Shown: positions 1-4,322 of the stretch, piece after piece
Layout of the letters: each line of letters begins with the position of its first letter
Position numbering within the stretch: the first letter of the stretch is position 1
DNA from: a virus
Length of the DNA: 6,017 nucleotides
UHGV virus genome: UHGV-0184629
Reading direction: 5' to 3' (one strand)
Translations under genes and position numbers: made by a program
The notes under the pieces: model-generated
What the model was told of the DNA's origin: nothing
Databases searched by the model: none
The model's input: the letters and a program-made list of their open reading frames with translations, nothing else

Positions 1-3
1 ATT

Positions 4-1746
4 ATGAGTGATTTTAATCCTCTAGACAAAGCGAGGGTCGCTATCCATCGTTCATCTTTTGATTTGTCTAGTAAAAAATTGTTTACAGCGAAAGTTGGAG
101 AAATTTTACCTTGTTATTGGCAGATTGCTATCCCTGGCAATAAGTATCGTATTTCTTCTGACTGGTTTACCCGTACTGTTCCGGTTCATACGGCTGCTTA
201 TACTCGTATCAAGGAATATTATGATTTTTATGCTGTGCCATTACGCCTGCTGTCTCGTGCACTTCCGCAAGCCTTTACCCAGATGACGGACTATATTACT
301 AGTGCGGCTAGTAGTAGTGCGAATACTCTTGCATTAAATTCTGTTCCTTATACCACTATGGCTCAGTTTAGTAATCTATTGTCTGTTGCGGATGCTGCAG
401 ATCAGACTAATGTTCGTGATGATGCTGGTCTTCCCTATGTCTATGGTGCTTGTAAATTGTTGGATTTACTTGGTTATGGATCTATGATTGATAAGGCTAG
501 TCTAGGTAAGGCTTCAATTACTAAGAAGTATTTAGGTCTTGATAATCTTAGTGATGGAAATAATCCCCTTGTGTACTCTGTAAGTCAGACGGTCAATATA
601 CTTCCTATCCTTACCTATCAGAAGATTTACTTCGATTTTTTCAGTAATTCTCAATGGGAGAAGCATTTAGCTTATGCTTATAATTTGGATTATTGGCAAG
701 GCACTAGTTATGTTACATTATGTCCTGATATGCTTAAGATGCGCTATGCGAACTATCCTAAGGATTATTTTATGGGTATGCTACCTAGTTCTCAGTATGG
801 TTCGGTAGCTGTTTTGCCGTCTCTTGATTCTTCATTAGACCCTTCGATTGTTCGTGCGTATTTATCTACTGATAACCCTTCTGGTATCCATTCTTTAACC
901 GTAGCCGCTAACTCTTCCGCTGCTACTGTTACAGGTTCTGCTTCTAATCAGCGTTCTGTTAGGATTAATTCTGACCTCTCCGCCCTTTCACTCCGTGCAA
1001 CTGAATATCTTCAGCGTTGGAAAGAGGTAGTTCAGTTTAGCAGCAAGGATTACTCGGATCAGATGGCTGCTCAGTTTGGCGTCAAGGCCCCTGAATACAT
1101 GGGTAACCATGCTCATTATATTGGTGGTTGGTCCAATGTGATCAATATTAATGAGGTTGTCAATACTAATCTTGATACTGCTACTTCTCAGGCATCTATT
1201 GCTGGTAAGGGAATCTCTAGCCAGTCAGGACATACACTTACTTACGATTGTGGTGCTGAACATCAAGTGATTATGTGCGTGTATCATGCTGTCCCGCTGT
1301 TGGACTGGAATCTTACAGGTCAAAATCCTCAGTTAACTGTTACTTCTATTACTGATTTTCCGCAACCCGCATTTGATCAGCTTGGTATGCAAGCTGTTCC
1401 TGCTCTGAACCTTCAGAATAATCCGGGTCGCTCTGTTTCCGGATCCATTGGCTATAATCTCCGCTATTGGCAGTGGAAATCTTGTATCGATACGGTTCAT
1501 ACTGCATTCCGTTCTGGTGCTGCTTATCAGTCTTGGGTTGCTCCCCTAGATGGTTGGCAGGTGTTGACTTCTACAGGTTCTTGGTCTTATCAGTCTCTGA
1601 AGGTTCGTCCTCAGCAGCTTAATTCTATTTTTGTGCCGCAGATTGATGCTACTAATTGCTCTGTTGCATTTGACCAATTACTGTGTAATGTTAATTTCCA
1701 AGTGTATGCTGTGCAGAACTTGGATCGTAATGGTTTACCTTATTAA
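4..1746 (+). CDS. VP1: Major capsid protein (VP1 / F-like), 580 aa
   Basis: Recognisable microvirus capsid motifs: N-terminal RSSFDLSSKKLFTAKVGEILP, RTVP..TAAYTRIKEYYDFYAVPLRLL, LTYQKIYFDFF, RYANYPKDYFMG.LPSSQYG, LRATEYLQRWKE, DFPQPAFDQLGMQ and GYNLRYWQWK. Start context is ATT-ATG. Confidence 0.96.
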   Translation: MSDFNPLDKARVAIHRSSFDLSSKKLFTAKVGEILPCYWQIAIPGNKYRISSDWFTRTVPVHTAAYTRIKEYYDFYAVPLRLLSRALPQAFTQMTDYITSAASSSANTLALNSVPYTTMAQFSNLLSVADAADQTNVRDDAGLPYVYGACKLLDLLGYGSMIDKASLGKASITKKYLGLDNLSDGNNPLVYSVSQTVNILPILTYQKIYFDFFSNSQWEKHLAYAYNLDYWQGTSYVTLCPDMLKMRYANYPKDYFMGMLPSSQYGSVAVLPSLDSSLDPSIVRAYLSTDNPSGIHSLTVAANSSAATVTGSASNQRSVRINSDLSALSLRATEYLQRWKEVVQFSSKDYSDQMAAQFGVKAPEYMGNHAHYIGGWSNVININEVVNTNLDTATSQASIAGKGISSQSGHTLTYDCGAEHQVIMCVYHAVPLLDWNLTGQNPQLTVTSITDFPQPAFDQLGMQAVPALNLQNNPGRSVSGSIGYNLRYWQWKSCIDTVHTAFRSGAAYQSWVAPLDGWQVLTSTGSWSYQSLKVRPQQLNSIFVPQIDATNCSVAFDQLLCNVNFQVYAVQNLDRNGLPY

Positions 1747-1759
1747 TTTTTTGTTTATT

Positions 1760-2203
1760 ATGAGAGATTTTGCTTATAAAAATTCCGATTTTATCGAGGA
1801 TGATTATATTCCTGAATTGGCTGAAAATCATCCGTGTTATCAGCAGTCTGTATATGACACAGTTATGTATGACGAAACTCCTGATGGTGATTTAATTCAG
1901 TGCGATATGACTCAGATTCTACTTAACCAAGAAAAATATCGTCGTCTCCTCGGTGATATGAACGTACAGAATATTCTCGCTCAGATGCATCCTACCCAGT
2001 CTACTGTTATGGATAGCATGACTGATGAAGAGCGTTTTAGTTGTGTTATCTCTCGTCATTGTCAGACTATGTCTGAAAGACAAGCCGTATTACAGCAATT
2101 ATCTAATGAGAAGTCTGAACTTACTAAATATGCACAGGCAATGTTGGCAGAGCAACAGTCAGCGCCCGATTCTTCGTCCGCCCCTGACACGTCTGCTCAA
2201 TGA
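1760..2203 (+). CDS. Hypothetical acidic protein, 147 aa (MRDFAYKNSDF...), possible internal scaffolding (VP3-like) protein
   Basis: The ORF fills the gap between VP1 and VP2. The ATG at 1760 is 13 nt after the VP1 stop in an ATT-ATG context. The track start at 1631 only adds a +1-frame shadow of VP1. Its stop overlaps the VP2 start (ATGA, 2200-2203). The sequence is D/E/Q-rich and appears helical. The scaffold role is inferred from position and size only. Confidence 0.8.
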   Translation: MRDFAYKNSDFIEDDYIPELAENHPCYQQSVYDTVMYDETPDGDLIQCDMTQILLNQEKYRRLLGDMNVQNILAQMHPTQSTVMDSMTDEERFSCVISRHCQTMSERQAVLQQLSNEKSELTKYAQAMLAEQQSAPDSSSAPDTSAQ

Positions 2204-3315
2204 AATTTTGTGATATTGGAGAAAGCCCCTTAATGGGGCACTCCGAAAAACATATTGCTCCGCTTGTTCTTGGAGGTATTATTGCTGCCGGTGCTTCACT
2301 TGCTGGTAATGCCATTGGTGCCTCTTCGCAGAATAAGACTAACCAGACTAGTATTGATATTAACCGCGAAAATAATGCTTTTAATGCTCAGCAAGCTCAA
2401 ATTCAGCGCGATTGGCAGGAAAAGATGTGGGGAATGAATAATTCCTATAATTCCCCTAATGCCATGATTTCTCGCGGTTTAAATCCTTTTGTGCAAGGTT
2501 CTGCCGCTATGGCTGGTTCTAAGTCTCCCGCCTCCGGTGGTGCTGCTGCTTCTGCTGCTGGTATGCCTAGTTTGCAGGCTTTCCGTCCTGATTTTTCTGA
2601 TGTTGGTTCTGCTCTTGCTTCCATGGCCCAGGCTCGTGCTGCTATGCTCAATGCTGAGAGTAATGCTGCTCTTACCCCGTATAAGATGCAACAGATTCTT
2701 GGTGATACCAATTATCGTAATATTGGTGTTGGCCAGTCAGGTTATTGGACTGCGTCTACTGGCCGCCGATCTGCATTATTGGATCAGTCTAAGGAGTATC
2801 AGGAACTTAAGAATATGGAGTTTGCTGGTCGTCTTACGTCTGCTCAGGAATCACAGATTTTACTTGATTCTGAGGCTCAACAGATATTGAATAAGTACCT
2901 TGACGAACAACAACAGGCTGATTTGTTTATTAAAGGCCAGACTTTGGCTAATTTGTATGCTCAGGGTGCTCTTTCTGAAGCCCAGTATAAAAACCAGATG
3001 GCTCAGGCTGTTAAGGCTTCTGCTGAGACAAATGGTATCCGTATTAGTAATAAGATTGCTCAGCAGACCGCTGATTCTCTGATTTATGCTAATATTCAGA
3101 CTAATCGTGCTCAAGGATTATCCTCATTATGGGATTCTAAGAATATCAATGTTCTTAAGAACATAGAATACTCTAAGGATAAGGCTTTGCGTGATTATTA
3201 TAAATGGTCTTCTAAACAGAAACAGAAGGATGTCAATTCTTATGAGCTGCGTAATGCTATTGATTATGGTACTCGTATATTCCAAGGTGTTGGTAATTCT
3301 GTTGGTCGTAAGTAA
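2200..3315 (+). CDS. VP2: DNA pilot / minor capsid protein (VP2 / H-like), 371 aa
   Basis: It has an N-terminal Gly/Ala-rich hydrophobic segment (LVLGGIIAAGASLAGNAIG), the typical microvirus pilot motif QRDWQEKMW..NNSYNSP.AM..RGLNP, an Ala/Ser/Gly linker and a long Q/A/N-rich coiled-coil-like C-terminal half. Confidence 0.92.
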   Translation: MKFCDIGESPLMGHSEKHIAPLVLGGIIAAGASLAGNAIGASSQNKTNQTSIDINRENNAFNAQQAQIQRDWQEKMWGMNNSYNSPNAMISRGLNPFVQGSAAMAGSKSPASGGAAASAAGMPSLQAFRPDFSDVGSALASMAQARAAMLNAESNAALTPYKMQQILGDTNYRNIGVGQSGYWTASTGRRSALLDQSKEYQELKNMEFAGRLTSAQESQILLDSEAQQILNKYLDEQQQADLFIKGQTLANLYAQGALSEAQYKNQMAQAVKASAETNGIRISNKIAQQTADSLIYANIQTNRAQGLSSLWDSKNINVLKNIEYSKDKALRDYYKWSSKQKQKDVNSYELRNAIDYGTRIFQGVGNSVGRK

Positions 3316-3422
3316 ATTTATTCTCTTTACCCTCGGGTGAAATAGCGTTCTTCAGGACTAGAAGCCCATCGCGGCGTTTGAGCGATATATACCCGCCGCC
3401 CGCGTAGGGCCTGGTCGAAAAA

Positions 3423-3468
3423 CGGAGCGGAGCGACTTCCTTATAGGAGCGCTTCGCTCCGGTATTTT
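3423..3468 (+). terminator. Strong hairpin; possible intrinsic terminator of the VP1-VP2 transcript or an origin hairpin
   Basis: CGGAGCGGAGCG (3423-3434) pairs with CGCTTCGCTCCG (3450-3461), 12 bp with one G-T. An inner stem TCCT/AGGA closes a TAT loop. The hairpin is followed by GTATTTT and preceded by AAAAA. The U-tract is short, so terminator function is uncertain. Confidence 0.45.
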
Positions 3469-3666
3469 AGCGCGACGGCGCGCAAAGGCAAGACAGCTCC
3501 TGCCTTGCCGTGTCTATACACCTCTGTATACATCCACTTGTTAATTAAGCGAAGCCCCTAGTTGTGTCCGAAGGAAAATCCGAGTTATCATCTCGGTTTC
3601 TCTATCTCTCGTCCATAAACGCACAACTCACACCCTACGGTACAATCTAAAAAAAAATAGTTTTTC

Positions 3667-3697
3667 TTTGGATTTATGAAAATAGTTTGTATATTTG
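3667..3697 (+). promoter_or_regulatory. Bacteroidota sigma-A type promoter (-33 TTTG / -7 TAnnTTTG)
   Basis: TTTG (3667-3670), a 19-nt spacer and TATATTTG (3690-3697) match the established Bacteroides consensus TTTG-N19-21-TAnnTTTG. It lies 50 nt upstream of the ATG at 3748, with an A9 tract (3649-3657) just upstream. Confidence 0.8.
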
Positions 3698-3747
3698 CTC
3701 CCAGTTAGAAGTTACAACTATTATTAACATTTAAAATTCATACAATT

Positions 3748-3942
3748 ATGCAGAAATTTATTATTTCAGTTAAGGAAAAAAACACTGGTCGTGATGTTGT
3801 GTCGCCTTATATTGTCAATTCTCTCGATGGTCTTGGAAACTATTCTGAACGAATTTCTTCGTTGGGTCTTATTGTTATTGTGGATTCGATTAAGGAAGAG
3901 AATGATTTTGTTGAACTTAAAACTCAAGGTAATGAAAAATAA
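3748..3942 (+). CDS. Hypothetical protein, 64 aa
   Basis: First ORF after the promoter, with an AT-rich leader and ATT-ATG start. Its codons are T-ending like the core genes, and its end overlaps the start of the next ORF by 11 nt. No recognisable domain. Confidence 0.75.
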   Translation: MQKFIISVKEKNTGRDVVSPYIVNSLDGLGNYSERISSLGLIVIVDSIKEENDFVELKTQGNEK

Positions 3943-4015
3943 TAATATCTGGAAGATTATTATTGGAGCTGTTTCTGCCGCTCTTGGTTATATCCTTAAT
4001 GCTATTGGTTTATGA
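3932..4015 (+). CDS. 27-aa single-transmembrane peptide (MKNNNIWKIIIGAVSAALGYILNAIGL); smalltalk-like, putative holin-like
   Basis: The ATG at 3932 lies in the frame of track ORF 3791-4015. The peptide has a short polar/basic N-terminus followed by ~19 uncharged, mostly hydrophobic residues. Its stop overlaps the peptidase start (ATGA, 4012-4015), and it exactly fills the gap between two genes. The resemblance to Bacteroidota 'smalltalk' small membrane proteins is from memory of the family pattern. Confidence 0.72.
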   Translation: MKNNNIWKIIIGAVSAALGYILNAIGL

Positions 4016-4320
4016 ACGATACTCTTATGAATTTTCTTGACCATCTGTTATGCTTTAACTTGCATTTTTCTATAACAAGTGCTAAGCGTTCTATCGCTGA
4101 AAATAAGGCTGCTGGTGGTGTCCCTAATTCTCAACATCTTGTTGGCGAGGCTATTGATATGAAACCTTATGGCTCTACTACTTATAACCGGTTGCTTGAA
4201 CATATCCATAATTATTCGGATAATGTTCATGTGTTTGACCAGTTAATATTGTATCCTACATTTATTCATATTTCATTCGGTGACCGTAATCGTCATCAGG
4301 TGATTGATAAACGTAAATAA
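4012..4320 (+). CDS. Peptidase M15 family (M15_3 / D-Ala-D-Ala carboxypeptidase-like) Zn metallopeptidase, putative endolysin, 102 aa
   Basis: The motifs ITSAKR(26)S..EN..AGG..NSQH(42)LVGEAID(49) and DQLI.Y.TFIH(86)IS give the H-x6-D...H zinc ligands and upstream Arg typical of M15 peptidases. No signal peptide is visible. Confidence 0.88.
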   Translation: MNDTLMNFLDHLLCFNLHFSITSAKRSIAENKAAGGVPNSQHLVGEAIDMKPYGSTTYNRLLEHIHNYSDNVHVFDQLILYPTFIHISFGDRNRHQVIDKRK

Positions 4321-4322
4321 TT

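Larger units (their letters stand above)
3316..3747. other. Major non-coding region with multiple stem-loops; probable replication-origin and control region
   Basis: This is the only long ORF-free stretch, and 3345-3510 is visibly more GC-rich than the genes. Inverted repeats occur at 3326-3341, 3346-3424, 3423-3461, 3470-3483, 3487-3509, 3515-3530 and 3560-3628. The origin function is inferred. Confidence 0.7.

Noticed and set aside
1631..1759. Upstream extension of the 190-aa track ORF
   Set aside because: It is the +1-frame shadow of the VP1 3' end. The ATG at 1760 follows the VP1 stop and has the ATT-ATG context.
2489..2890. 133-aa Leu/Val-rich ORF, and similar ORFs at 59-286, 2025-2213, 2255-2437 and 2900-3082
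   Set aside because: These are +1-frame shadows of T-ending codons in real genes. Hydrophobicity and few stops are expected artefacts.
3711..3740. Possible dif-like integration site or phiX-like origin (CAACTATTATTAACAT)
   Set aside because: I could not see a convincing XerC/XerD 11-6-11 arrangement. The similarity is explained by an AT-rich 5' leader.
3316..3747. CRISPR array, tRNA or known self-cleaving ribozyme in the intergenic region
   Set aside because: No spaced direct repeats, no cloverleaf with T/D-loop consensus, and no hammerhead core (CUGAUGA...GAAA) were seen.
3791..3931. N-terminal part of the 74-aa track ORF
   Set aside because: It is a +1 shadow of the 64-aa gene. Only the 27-aa tail from ATG 3932 is supported.
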